64,000 nt of DNA from Chiloscyllium plagiosum (taxonomy: Eukaryota). The stretch covers positions 2,396,276-2,460,275 of the forward strand of contig NC_057757.1 of the NCBI RefSeq assembly GCF_004010195.1, written 5' to 3'. Position 1 is the stretch's first letter. The number at the start of each line of letters is the position of its first letter. The notes beneath the pieces are model-generated. The model saw only the letters and a list, made by a program, of their open reading frames with translations, was not told the origin of the DNA and made no database searches. Below, piece by piece: positions 1 through 11,974 of the stretch. The translations under genes were made by a program, and so were the position numbers.

Positions 1-155
1 GTCAGGTGAATTGGCCATGCTAAATTGCCCGTAGTGTTAGGTAAGGGGTAAATGTAAGGGTATGGGTGGGTTTCGCTTCGGCGGGTCGGTGTGGACTTGT
101 TGGGCCGAAGGGCTTGTTTCCACACTGTAATGTAATCTAATCTAAAATCTAATCT
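1..155 (+). mobile_element. HE1-like SINE, 3' part
   Basis: GGTGAATTGGCCATGCTAAATTGCCC...GGGCCGAAGGG...TTCCACACTGTA followed by an (ATCTA)n tail. Confidence 0.75.
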
Positions 156-279
156 AGATCAGTTTAGAAAATCTGGTCGGCGTGGACAGGTTGGACTGAA
201 GTCTGACTCTATCCAAGGAGGCCTTGAGGATGAGCAAATTGCAGGGTCATGGACAACAGAGGGCAGTTTAGCATTTCAT

Positions 280-610
280 AGAATCCTCACCGTGTGGAAA
301 CAGGCCATTTGGCCCAACAAGTCCACACCGACCCTGCAAAGCCTGTCCCACCCAGACCCATTCCCCTACCCTATTACTTTACAGTTCCTCTGCCTAACGC
401 AACTAGCCTACACATCCCTGAACACTATGGGCAATTTAGCGCGGCCAATTCACCGAACCTGCACACTGTGGGAGGAAACTGGAGCACCCTGAGGAAACCC
501 ACACAGAAACGGGGAGAATGTGCAAACTCCACACAGACAGTCGCCAGAGGGTGGAATTGAACCCGGGTCCCTGGCGCTGTGAGCCAGCTGTGCTAACCAC
601 TGAGCCACCA
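280..610 (-). mobile_element. HE1-like tRNA-derived SINE
   Basis: tRNA-like head (GGTGGCTCAGTGGTTAGCAC...GGGTTCAATTCC on the minus strand) and a CR1-like tail. Confidence 0.78.
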
Positions 611-935
611 GTCTGAGAGTGTGGTGGAAGCAGATTTAAATGAGGCTTTAAAATAAAATTGGTTATTGTTTTTGACAAGAAAGGATTTGCAGAATGACTG
701 AGAAAGGGGTGAGGGCATCTGAAGTAGGGGATGCAGTGAGTGGTGGTGTTCTCATGTAGCTGTTGCCCTTGTTCTTCTAGTGGAGGATTGGAAGGGTGCT
801 ATTGAATTTCTGTATAATCCAGTGATGCACAGACAAGGACATTCAACCCTGGTGTAGGAAAGGCACAGTGAGACAAAACAAAAAACTTTGACAGTACGAA
901 CTCCAGGAACCCTTCAAAGCGCCAAAGCTACTAAC

Positions 936-1237
936 CTGGGTTGGCTTCAGAGACATCCGGATGTTATTCTTTTCCAGAACCTCTCCCAGGACCTGATGGA
1001 AGTCTTTATCCTTGGAATCCATGGTGATGGTGAGTACGGCGTCATAGGAGCGTCGCAATCTGGCATTGCCAGCCAGCACTGGGTAGCTAGCATTCTGATA
1101 TGGAAGGCTGTAATGGATGGTGTCAAACGGAATGAACACGTATCTCCCATCGGCCATCTGCATCTTGTCCACTTGCTGGAGGAACAACTGCTGGTCTTTG
1201 CCTCCCACCAAGACCGAGTGCATGCACATGACCACGA
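936..1237 (-). CDS. GUCY2D: Retinal guanylyl cyclase (GC-E/retGC-1) coding exon 2, extracellular domain; the gene continues beyond the left edge of the window
   Basis: Translates VVVMCMHSVLVGGKDQQLFL...DGRYVFIPFDTIHYSLPY...LRRSYDAVLTITM...KPTQ, matching the retGC ECD motifs (VIMxMHSVLxGG, YDAVLTxT). Acceptor ttcag|TC at 1237, donor CAG|GTTAG at 936. The phase-1 start fits the upstream exon. Confidence 0.9.
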
Positions 1238-1530
1238 CTGAAATGTCCAAGAAACAGCTCAGTGAACGAGAGGCAACAATAGCGTGCATTGCTGTAGCAC
1301 CTTTCACTACCTCACGGGCCCCTCAGAGTCAAGGAGGCGCTTTAAATTCGGTCACTGCAGAGACGCCCCTGACCCACCACCATCTTCATTTTTACAAGGC
1401 TCGTCCTGGCTTTCAAATCCTCCTGCAGCCTCGCCCTGACCCCAGCTTCGGAATCAGCTCGAGCCCCATCTTTTGCCAAGACCTTTATACGCCTCCAGTC
1501 CTGACCTCTTGAGCTTTCCCGATTTGAATC

Positions 1531-2113
1531 TGTGATGCTGCTGTCACTTTAAAGAGGTTATTTTGACCTGGGTTTTTTTTTGAAGAGTGGTTGTGAAGGC
1601 AGGGGTGCCGGAACTGGCTACTGGAGATGGCCTAAGTCAACAATTTAGGAAGCCTTTAGGTTTCTTTTTTAAGAACAGTTGCAAGAAAAGGAAGGGCAGT
1701 GGCCAATTCTCAAAGATCAGGCTTTCTAGCTTTTCTTTGACTGTAGCAGTCAGAAGGTTAGAGCTCCAGTAAATTGGTTCCCAATTGCATGCAAGAATCT
1801 GCATCTGAATGTTCCTTTTTGCTAAGGGGTGTGTTTATGTGATTTCTCTTTATTAGAATGATTAATTAGTAACAGGTACTGTATCTACTATTTGATTAAG
1901 TTTTCTAATAGTTAAGTTATTCTAAATTCCTCTTTCTTTTGTTTGTATTTTAACTGTAACGTTTAAATAAATTGCTTTGCTTAACATAGAGTAGTTTGAC
2001 CAGTCGCATTGCATCTGGAACACTGTACTGCACATCTACCTTCACATTAAAAAAATGTTAGGGTCTAAGCTGCCTTCTTAAAATATCGAGGGGGTCTTGT
2101 CTGGTCCATAATA
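1531..2113 (+). mobile_element. Solo LTR (Gypsy-like) with a 4-bp TSD
   Basis: Termini TGTGATG...CATAATA; AATC duplicated at 1527-1530 and 2114-2117; internal AATAAA; interrupts an older L2-like repeat. Confidence 0.7.
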
Positions 2114-3056
2114 AATCGCTCCATTATTTTCAATTGCAGCCTTCAGCTGCCCTCAGGTTTTGGAATTCCCTGCTTGGACCCTTTTTAAAAAATTAATTCA
2201 TGGGATATGGGCATCATTGGCCTGCTCATAACTTCGAATTGAGAAGGTTGGGGGGGCAGGGGGTGAGCTGTCTTCATGAACCTCTGCAGTCCCGTGTGGT
2301 GTAGGGACACCCAAACAGCACCGTGAGGGAGGGAGTTCCAGGATTCTGACCCAGAGACACTGAACAAACAGCCGATATATTTCCAAGTCCGGATGGTGAG
2401 GGGCTCAGAGGGTAACATGTGGGGGTGGTGTTCCCACGTATCTGCTGCCTTCATCCTTCTACATGGCGAAGTTTGTAAATTGGGAAGGTGCCGTTGGTGT
2501 ATTGGTGCACTGCTGCAGTGCGTCTGGCAGATGAGACACTGCTGCTACTGAGCATCAGTGAAGGAGGGAGTGGAAGATTGTAGGTGTGATAGCAGTCAAA
2601 CTGGTTACTTTGTTCTGGATCGTGTCGAGCTTCAAGTCTCGTTTGAGCAGCATCCATTCAGGCATATTCCCTCACATATGTGCCTTGCAGATGGTGGACA
2701 GTCTTTGGGGAGTCAAGTGGTGAGAAAACTCTCCCCTCCTTTAAGGCAAGCTCCCTATAGCCAACCTCTCTGATCATCAGTCCTGTCACTCTCCGAACAG
2801 TACAATTTTTATAATGTATTTTTTCATGGGATCTGGACATGGTAGCAAAAGCCCTGAGCTGAACAGCTCTTGTGGTCAGAAGGTATTTCAGAATTAATCA
2901 CTTTGGTTGCGGGTCTGGAGTCACAGGGAAGCCAGACTGGGTAAGGATGGCAGATTTCTTTCCCAAAAAGGACACCAACAAACCAGATGTGTTTTTGCGA
3001 CAACGCAAGGACAGCTTCATGGCCACCATTGCTGAGACTAGCTTACAGTTTCAGAT

Positions 3057-3360
3057 TATATTACTTACAGTGTGGAAACAGGCCCTTAGACCCAACAAGT
3101 CCACACCGACCCGCCAAAGCGCAACCCACCCAGACCCATTCCCCTACATTTACTCCTTCACCTAACACTTTAGCATGGCCAATTCACCTAACCTGCACAT
3201 TTTTGGACTGTGGGGGGAAACCGGAGCACCCAGAGGAAACCCACGCAGACACGGGGAGAATGTGCAAACTCCACACAGTCAGTCCCCTGAGGCAGGAATT
3301 GAACCCGGGTCTCTGGCACTGTGAGGCAGCAGTGCTAACCACTCTGCCACTGTGCCGCCC
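3057..3360 (-). mobile_element. HE1-like SINE nested in an older repeat
   Basis: Full-length copy running GGGCGGCACAGTGGCAGAGTGGTTAGC to CCACACTGTAAG on the minus strand. Confidence 0.8.
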
Positions 3361-4014
3361 ATTCTTTTAGCTTTTTTAAAATGTAAATTCCACCAGCTGC
3401 CTTGGTGGGATTTGAACTCACGTCGGCAAAGTCAGGGCATCAGGGTTGGGTGCAGACTAGGCATTATTAACACTGACATTCCACAAAAATTACCGAGCTT
3501 CCTATCGCCTGCCTCTTCGACATACCCCCGTGTTCCCTGGCCAACATCTCTGCTGCTTCGGGCTGGCTCCAGTGAAGCTCAGTGCAAGCTGGAAGAACAG
3601 CACCTCATTTTCTGCTTGGGGGGTCCCAGCAGCCCTCAATATCGGGATCAATCATTTAAGGACCTGAGCACCTTCTCCCACACTCTTACCCCAACCCCCA
3701 CACACCAGGCCTTACCATCACACGTTGCTACCACACACCATCCCATTGTCAGCCTTGAATGGTCGCCATTAGCAGCCACTGATTCTCCCAGGTTGACCAT
3801 GACCCAGCCTCTTGTCTGTCCAACTGCTGTTCTCTCTCTCTGGGTTTCATCTCCACCTACCGTTTACTCCTCCATCCACACCACCTTCAACAAATACTAA
3901 TGTGCTGAGTTGCTTCAGCAATTTCTGTTTTTGTTTCAGCTTTCCATTATCCATAATTCTTTAGTTCTTTTTCCAAAATTCTCACCTCTGATTTCCATTC
4001 ATCCATGGTTGAGC

Positions 4015-4615
4015 GCTCCCTCCCTATCTCTGTCACTTCCTCCGGCCCCTACACCCCCTCCCTATCTCTGTCACTTCCTCCGGCCCCTACACCCCCTCCC
4101 TATCTCTGTCACTCCCTTTGGCCCCGACATCCCTCTTTCGAGCTGCTTCACCATTCAACAAGATCACGGCTGATCTGATTTTAACCTCAACCCACACCTC
4201 TCCCAATAATCTTTCAACCCTTTGGTAATCAAGAATCTATCGATTCTGCCTTAGAAATATTCTGCATCGACTGCCTTTTGAGGAAGAGAAACATTTGCTG
4301 TCCTTAACATATCAGCATGTCCATTTCAGGAACACCTCAATTTTATAATTCTGACCCTAGATTTCAAAGCTCTCTGTGGTCTAACCCCTCCCTCCTCACC
4401 CTGAAGCCCTTACACCCCTCCCTACCTCTGTAACCCCCTCCAGTCCCTTCTCCCCTCCCTATCTCTGTAACCTCCTCCAGACCCTACATCCATCCCTATC
4501 TCTGTAACCCCTTCCAGCCCCTACATCCCCTCCGTACCTCTGTAACGCCCTCCTGCCCCTACATCCCTCCCTATTTATGTCACCTCCTGCAGTTCCTACA
4601 TCCCTCCCTATCCCA
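4015..4615. repeat. ~37-bp minisatellite (two arrays: 4015-4112 and 4385-4615) next to the GUCY2D exon donor
   Basis: Unit CCCCTACACCCCTCCCTATCTCTGTAACCTCCTCCAG. Confidence 0.8.
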
Positions 4616-4665
4616 GCCACTTATGATCAGATGGTCCTGCGCACCCCCACCCCCCTGGTTCCTAC

Positions 4666-5386
4666 CTCTCACACCGTCCATTTCTCGGATGCGGTTGAGG
4701 ATGTCCGCGGCAGCCTCCTCAGGCTGGGCCTGGGGCCTGCTCTCCGCGGTGAGCAGCAGGCTGACAGGGAGGCCTCGGCGCCTCAGGCCGTCGACCAACG
4801 CCCGGGCCGTCTCCACCCAGAGCTCCTGCTCCGAGCTCACCACGGCCACCCGCGCCCAGCCAAAGTGCTCGAGCACCCGGAGCAAGACGGCGGCGGCCGA
4901 GGGGATGGGCCTGACGAAGGCCTGGTGGCTCAACTCCCGACGACGAGGAGGGCTACGGCCCGGGTCGGGATCCGGGCAGGCCCAGGAAACCAGCGGCTTG
5001 CCCCAACCCTTGGCCAGGAGGCCAGCCGCCGAGCAGTAGCCGGGGTTGAGAGGCCCAACGAAGCCCGAGGCATGCTGCTCCAGCCTGGCGAAGTCAGCCA
5101 GGCCCTGCGCCGTCCGACACTCCTCGTCAAGCACTGTGTAATCGAAGTGGTAAGCCGGGCTGACGGACGGGTCCCAGTTGATGGTTTGGATGGCCAAGCC
5201 GGCGGCCAGCTCTGGCAGGGCCCTGGAAAGCACCGGGTCGCACCGCCAGGGCCCCACCAGGCCAATGGTGAAGGTTGGTGAACGGGCGGCCGTCAGCATG
5301 TGCACTCCAAGCAGCAGCAGAGCGAGCCCGGTGCCCTGGCACCGTGGGGCAGACAACCCATGCAGAACCTTCTGGAACATTCTCAT
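4666..5386 (-). CDS. GUCY2D: Retinal guanylyl cyclase first coding exon (signal peptide and N-terminal ECD)
   Basis: ATG at 5386. A hydrophobic signal (LALLLLGVHMLTAA) is followed by FTIGLVGPWRCDP...ASGFVGPLNPGYC...FGWARVAVVS...LWVE. Donor AGAG|GTAGG at 4666; acceptor ctttccag at 5464-5465, so the exon starts at 5463. GUCY2D rather than GUCY2F is inferred from adjacency to CNTROB. Confidence 0.88.
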
Positions 5387-5592
5387 CTTCACCGCGCCAT
5401 TTACCGAGGCTTGACCAGAGCTCCTTCCCTCTCTGCCGCGGGGGTCTCCGTTCAGTCACCGCCCTGGAAAGCTTCAGTGAGAAAAAAAAAGATTGGGAGG
5501 TGGAAGAGCAGATCAAAAATGATCATTAACACAACCACCCTGTCCTGCGAACTCAACTGGGTACCCCCCCCTCTGCCCACAACCACCACCAC

Positions 5593-5980
5593 TGTCTCCT
5601 CCCAAAGTCCAAAGATGTGCAGGTTAGGGTGGATTGGCCGTGCTAAATTGTCCCATAGTGTCCAAAGATGTGCAGGTTCGGGTGGATTGGCCATGCGAAA
5701 TTGTCCCATAGTGCCCAGGGATGTGCAGGTTAGGGTGGATTGGCCGTGCTAAATTGTCCCATAGTGTCCAGGGATGTGCAGGTTAGGGTGGATTGACCAC
5801 GCGAAATTGTCCCATAGTGTCCAGGGATGTGCAGGTTAGGATGGATTGGCCATGGGAAATGCAGGGTAACAGGGATAGGGTAGGGAAGGTGGGTCTGGCT
5901 GGGATGCTCTTTGTGCAGTCAGTGTGGACCCGATGGGCCAAATTGCAATTTCTACACTGTACAGGTCTTTTATGATTCTA
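5593..5980 (+). mobile_element. HE1-like SINE with an internal ~47-bp unit amplified about five times
   Basis: GATGTGCAGGTTAGGGTGGATTGGCCGTGCTAAATTGTCCCATAGTGTCCA repeated across 5614-5860. Confidence 0.78.
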
Positions 5981-5982
5981 AG

Positions 5983-6650
5983 TCCCACTCCAGAGAGACC
6001 TGAGCACACGATGCTGCTACAAGGAAGCGTGGCACAGTTGGAGGTGCCACCTTTCGGGTGGGAGACTAAACCAAGCTCTGTAGGTCAATGTTAAAGATCC
6101 CACAGCCACTGTTGCAAAGAAGGAAGCAGCATCTGTGGAGAGAAAATGGTTAACGTTTTGATTGCAGTGTCGTCTTCACACCCTGTTATGAAGAAGGGTC
6201 CACCAAATCTTAAACATTAACTCTGCTTCCCCTCTCTCCACAGACGCTGCCAGACGTGCTGAGTTTTCCCAGCAATTTCTACCTTTTTTTCCCCAACAGT
6301 TCATTGGGTTTCTTTAATTGCAAAGAGGGGGAGGTTTCCCTGGCATCCTGGGCCAATACTTTGAGCAACATTAGTTTATTTCTTAAAAAAACCAGATTAA
6401 CTGGTCATTATCATGCTCCTGTTTGTTGGAATTTGCTGTGTATAGATTGGCTTTTTCAAAGATTCACCTCATGGATTGTGGGTGATGCTGGCTGGGCCAG
6501 CATTTATTGCCCATCCCTAGTAGCCCCAGAGAAGAAGGTGGTGACTCTAATGTTTTCTACATCAATTACAGTGAGACACTTCAGAAAGTACTGCATTGGA
6601 GTTCCGCATGCTGGGATGTTCTGTAGTTCTGAGACACGCGAACAGATTCA
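5983..6650 (+). mobile_element. Old DeuSINE-like (SacSINE1/AmnSINE1-type) element broken by later insertions; a similar copy lies on the minus strand at about 10545-10840
   Basis: GGAGGTGCCACCTTTCGG...TAAAGATCCCACAGCCACT...CTGGCCAATA...GTCATTATCA...TTTGCTGTG resembles the Deu-domain; recognised from memory only. Confidence 0.5.
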
Positions 6651-6657
6651 GTCCAGG

Positions 6658-6982
6658 TAGCACGGTGGTTAACACTGCTGCCTCACGGCACCAGGGACCC
6701 AGGCTCAATTCCACCCTCGAGCAACTGTCCGTTGGGAGTTTTCATGCTCTCCCAGAGTCTGCTTGGGCTTCCGCCAGGTGCTGTGGTTTCCTCTGTCAGT
6801 CCAAAGACGTGTAAGCTTGGTGGATTGGCCACACTAAATTGCCCATAGTGTTCCGAGATGTGGAACCTCGGTACATTAGCCACGGGAAATGCAGGGTTAG
6901 GGTAGGGGGAGGGGTCTAGGTTGGATGTTCTTCGGAGGATTGGTTGGGCTGAATGGCCTGTTTCCACACTGTGGGGATTCTG
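6658..6982 (+). mobile_element. HE1-like SINE
   Basis: Head CACGGTGGTTAACACTGCTGCCTCAC and tail CCTGTTTCCACACTGT. Confidence 0.75.
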
Positions 6983-9154
6983 ATAAATTTCCCCTATTGC
7001 GTTCAGGGATGCTTACGTTAAGTGCAGCTCTGATGAAGTGTCATCTAGACTCTAAACATTAGCTTGCTCTTTTTCCATGGATGTTGCCTGACCACTATGA
7101 TCTCCAGCATTTGTTGTTTTCAGTACAGATTCCAGCATCTGCTTTAATTTGTCATACATTGGACATTAAGTGCTTTAACCATGGGAAATGCAGGTTTACA
7201 GGGTTAGGACTTGTTAAGCTGAATAGCCTGCTTCCACACTGCGGGGATTCTATGGATTCTTTTTAGGAACATAACCTCTTTTTGCTTGGCATATATTATA
7301 AGTGAAACCTCAGAGTTTGTTCCCAATACAACAGTTATAAAGTGTGGCCACTTAACTTGATTGAAATTCTCACATTAAATCCCAGCTTTAAGGCTGCTAT
7401 GGTATTAGAAATATCAGAGTCTGGTCTTTGATTTAACTAATCCAACTGCAGCTTAACAATATTGATAGGATTAGCAGGTTGCCTGCTCTTCCTGGAGTGA
7501 GGCAGAGAGGAAGACTCAAATTATGTTTTGTATTCTTTCATAGGATTAGGCATCACACAGAGGTTGGTGTGTGTGTATTGAACGAGCTGCTAGAGGAAGC
7601 GGTGGAGGTTGGTACAATTACAACATTTTAAAAAGCATCTGGATGGCTATATGAATAGGAAGGGTTTAAGGGGGATATGGGCATTGTTTAGGAGGGAGCT
7701 ACAGGAGTGAAGGAACTGTGATTTAGTTCAAAATGAGGATTGTGTCTGACCTGGAGGCAGTGGTGTTCCCACGTATCTGCTGTCCTTGTTATTCTCAGTA
7801 GTAAGGGTCATGAGCTTAGCAGGAGTTGTTAAACGACCCTTGGTCAGTTACTGCAGTGCATCTCATAGATGGCACATATTGCTGCCACTATGCATTGGTG
7901 CAGGAGGGAGTGAGTGAGTGTTTAACATGAGATGCCGATCAAGTGGACTGCTTTGCCCTGGATGGTATTGTTTCTTGAATGTTGTTGGAACTGCACTCAT
8001 TCAGGCAGTATTCCATTCCACCCCTGACTTGTGCTTTGTTAGGCAATCAACTAGCAGCTCTCCAAAAGCTTGTGAATTCAAATAAACCTGTCGGACTATA
8101 ACCTGGTGTCGTGTGACTTCTGAATTTGTCTACCCCAGTCCAACGCCGGAGCCTCCACATGTTGTGCTTTGTTGATGGTGGATAGGCATTGGGAAGACAG
8201 GAGGTAGTAACTCGCTGCAGAATTTCTAGCCTCTGACCAGAGGATGTCGGAGCAGATGTCAGCCATTCAGCCCATCGAGACTGCTCCCCTATTCAACGAG
8301 ATCATGACTGATCTGATCATCCTCAACTCCATTTTCACTGTAACCCTTGATCCTTTACTGATGAAAAGATTCTCTCTCTCTCAGCCTTGAATATACTTCA
8401 CAATTCAGTCTCAGCAGCCTGCTGTGGTGAAGATTTCCTCAGATTCACTTCTCTCTGTCTTTGGGCTGCTGTGGTTTCTCGTGAGGCTCAGTACAAACTG
8501 GAAGAACAGCATCTCATTTTGCACTTGGGGACCCTGCAGCCTTCAGGACTCAATATCGAGCTCAATGAGCACCTTCTTCCATGTCCTTTACCGACTCCCA
8601 TATCCCAGGCCCTGTCATCTCATAGGCTGCTTTCACTACAGCCAACCCATTTTCACCTACATACGGTCCCCATTAGTAGTGTTTCTTCCCTGGCTCACCA
8701 TTATCCATCCTTTTATTTGCCCCTCTCTCTCTGCCTGGGCTCCATCTCCACCTATCACTTACACATTAACTACCACCATCCTCGCTCCTGCTGACAGCAC
8801 GTATACCACCTTTTCCTAGATATTATCAATTCTGAAGGAGGGTTAATAACTCCACTTTCTCTCTAATAACTTCTGTTTTTTGTTCAAGTTTCCAGCATCG
8901 GCAGTCCTTTGATTTTACCCTGGTGAATCTCCTATGCACCCCTTCCAGTACAATCTCATTCTTCCTAAAGTGCTGCGATCAGAACTGCATATCAGACTCC
9001 AGCTCCAACCTAACCGGAGTGTTGTAGAGTTCCAACATAACGCCCCTGTTCTGGATTCAGTCAGCTGTTTCAGATTCGCTCCATCCCCATCCAACACAAC
9101 TTTCAGGGTCATTCCAGCCAGCCCATCTGCATCGTCACAAATCTTTTTGCCAGT

Positions 9155-9815
9155 GTGACAACTGGATTGTTCTCGATATATTTGCCAATATACAAATACG
9201 ATGGCTCTCGATTAATTTTAGCGATACAATGCTTGCTGTAGATTCACCATACAAATGCACTTAGACTGCTCTGCGCAACATCTGGACTGACTCTAGATTC
9301 ATTACTAATACTCCTTACACATCTGGATTGTTCTGAACTCAACTTTTAAATGTGGCAATTGGATTATTCTAGACTCATTTTACCAGAATATCCAGATTGG
9401 GATCAATGCTGTGCCAACAAAACATTCTTAATTTCACCAACACAGCACTGGGACCTTTCTCAACTAATTTCACCAAGACAGCATTGGAATTGTTCTAGAT
9501 TATTAACTGGCATCAGGAGTGTTCTACATTAATCTCACCAAAGTTTTGGGAATATTCCAGATTACTATTGACACTGCATAGGAGTCTGTTCTGGATTAAT
9601 TTCACCAACACAGCACTGGGATCATTCCCAATTAATTTCACCAACAGAGTTTTGCGAATACTCTAGATTAATATTGACACTGTATAGGAGTGTGTTCCAG
9701 ATTAATTTTACAATCACAACAGTTTTGACGATTCTAGCCCCATTTTCCCAATACAACTGGGTAATTGCATATTAATTTCATAAACCTATGCTCATTTCTC
9801 TAGATCGTTTTACCA
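9155..9815. repeat. Degenerate ~37-40-bp tandem repeat
   Basis: Recurrent TTCTAGATTAATTTCACCAACACAGCA-like unit. Confidence 0.7.
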
Positions 9816-10118
9816 GAGGTCCGACAGAACGTGAAAGTACTATTATGCTGGCTGAAATCACAACCCCCCTCCCCCACTTTTCTGCTGGGGCCGGGGCACT
9901 GAGGTTCCAAAAAGGAAACGACTCATTCGTTAATTTCAAAGATTGAAAAAAATATAAAATCTTTAGCTACATTTAAACTAGTGTTAACGTTTCACTACAT
10001 TTTCTTGTTCCTGAAATTGCACACTCTGTACATTCACAAAACCTTTGCCAACCAAATAATCCCACTTGACCAAAGAAAATTCAATGAAAGCTCTACATGC
10101 TATTCCAAAGAAACTCAC

Positions 10119-10405
10119 CCGTGCAGAACATTAAGCAGATAAACTCCACATGGATGTAGACCTGTCAAGGTCAGTGATCAGAGATTCCGGCGATTTTAAG
10201 AAGGTGCAGGCAAGGAGGAAGAGAAGAGATTCGCACCAGAGGGGAGGTTTGGAAACAGACCTCCAGTAGCTGCCTCTTTGACCCCCTTTGCCTTAGCGCA
10301 GACAGCAGATGCAAGACGGAATGGAAAATTACAACAGGAGAGTCAGAGTAGTGATGCAGTCTCAGCAAGGCGAGGAGCAGGATCACTCCTTTGGAGCTCC
10401 TGCGT
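10119..10405 (-). other. GUCY2D: Predicted non-coding first exon (5'UTR) of GUCY2D; the 5' end is approximate
   Basis: Strong donor CGG|GTGAGT at 10119/10118, in a repeat-free island just downstream of a TATA-like box and homeodomain sites. The first coding exon has an acceptor, so an upstream exon is required. Confidence 0.5.
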
Positions 10406-10455
10406 TGATTTAATCCCCGCTCTCTACCACTATTTTATCTTTAAGCAGATTAAAG
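10405..10455 (-). promoter_or_regulatory. Candidate photoreceptor core promoter of GUCY2D (CRX/OTX K50 homeodomain sites and a TATA-like element)
   Basis: TAATCC at 10411-10416, paired site TAAGCAGATTA at 10442-10452, and ATAAAATA on the minus strand at 10431-10438. Confidence 0.5.
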
Positions 10456-10884
10456 GAGATATTGCGAATGTCTCAGGGCAGTAGTCAAGGGGGAGGGACA
10501 GTTGGTGACAAACATCAGGTCAACATCGATCTTTGAGAGTGTGAGAAAGCATTTGTTCATCTCAAAGTGCTCTCAAGTCAACCAAATAATTTTTGTAGTA
10601 CAACCACTGTTGTAATGAGGAAACATAACCATCAGTTCGCACAGAGCTACCTCCCGCAAACAGCAATGTGATAATAACCAGGTAGGACACAAAGGATAAC
10701 ACCCCTGCTGCTTGTCAAAACAGTGGGTGTGGGACAATTTTGTTTTCACATCTCCTGGAATGCTAGACTTGGTTAGGATTCTAGTCCATAAGGCAACATC
10801 TAACTGCAGCACTCTCCCAGTACTGCACTGGGAGTGTCAGCCATTGGGAACTGGTGCCACAGAAAGGACTGGAATCTGTTCCTG

Positions 10885-11470
10885 CTTCTTAGTTGTATGT
10901 TTTCCCTGGAGCGTCGGAGGCTGAGGGGTGACCTTGTAGAGGTTTATAAAATCATGAGGGGCATGGATAGGGTAAATAGACAAGATCTTTTTCCTAGCGT
11001 AGGGGAGTCCAACACTAGGGGGACACAGGTTTAAGATGAGAGGGGAAAGGTATAAAAGGGACTTAAGGGGCCTTCTTAGTTGTATGTTTTCCCTGGAGCG
11101 TCGGAGGCTGAGGGGTGACCTTGTAGAGGTTTATAAAATCATGAGGGGCATGGATAGGGTAAATAGACAAGATCTTTTTCCTAGCGTAGGGGAGTCCAAC
11201 ACTAGGGGGACACAGGTTTAAGGTGAGAGGGGAAAGGTATAAAAGGGACTTAAGGGGCAACTCTTTCATGCAGGGGGTGGTACGTGTATAGAATGAGCTG
11301 GCAGAGGAAGTGGTGGATGCTCGTATGGTTACACTATCTAAACGGCATTTGGATATAGGAAGCGTTTAGAGGGATGTTGGCCAAGTGCTGGCAAATGGGA
11401 CTGGAATTATTGAAACTATCTGGTTGGCATGGATGAGTTGGACCGAAGGGTCTGTTTCCATGCTATTAAG
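10885..11470 (+). mobile_element. CR1 (HER1-like) LINE 3' fragment with a 187-bp tandem duplication
   Basis: FSLERRRLRGDLVEVYKIMRGMDRV occurs twice, followed by a CR1 3'UTR. Confidence 0.85.
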
Positions 11471-11974
11471 ACACTATCTGCCTCCATGTCAATTTCCCAT
11501 GCTATCCCTGTCATGAGTATCAAGAGATCAAAAGTCACATGACACCAGGTTATAGTCCAACAGGTTTATTCAAAATCACAAGCTTTCAGAGTACCATCCT
11601 CTTGTGAGGCCCCCAGCCAGGGGGAACATCCCATTGAACCCTTTCAGAATTCTTCAACTTCCAATGAAATAATCTCATTATTCTAAACTCGAGATTACAG
11701 GTCTGGTATCCTCATCAGACAGTCCCAATAGCACAGGATCTCTCATTTCATTTCGGAGGGTTAATTTAAGAACTCTGCGTTCTTTCTACAGGAAGGGCAT
11801 CACTGGGAGGGCAAGTATTGATGATGAAACTCAACATAGCACTGGTGGCCTGGAGGCAATCTTCAGCCAGCAGTAAGCCCACAGTCTAAATGACCATGCT
11901 ATTACCTGCACTCCTGTATGCAAAGATAGGGACAATGTACAGCAGGCACCTCAGATCCTTGGAAAAATAGAACA

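Noticed and set aside
4577..5281. 234-aa plus-strand ORF and other overlapping ORFs
   Set aside because: They are antisense or alternative frames of the GC-rich GUCY2D exon, with no recognisable protein.
5614..5860. Regular repeats resembling a CRISPR array (also at 4015-4615, 9155-9815 and 50088-50610)
   Set aside because: There are no unique spacers and no cas genes; these are ordinary tandem repeats in a vertebrate genome.
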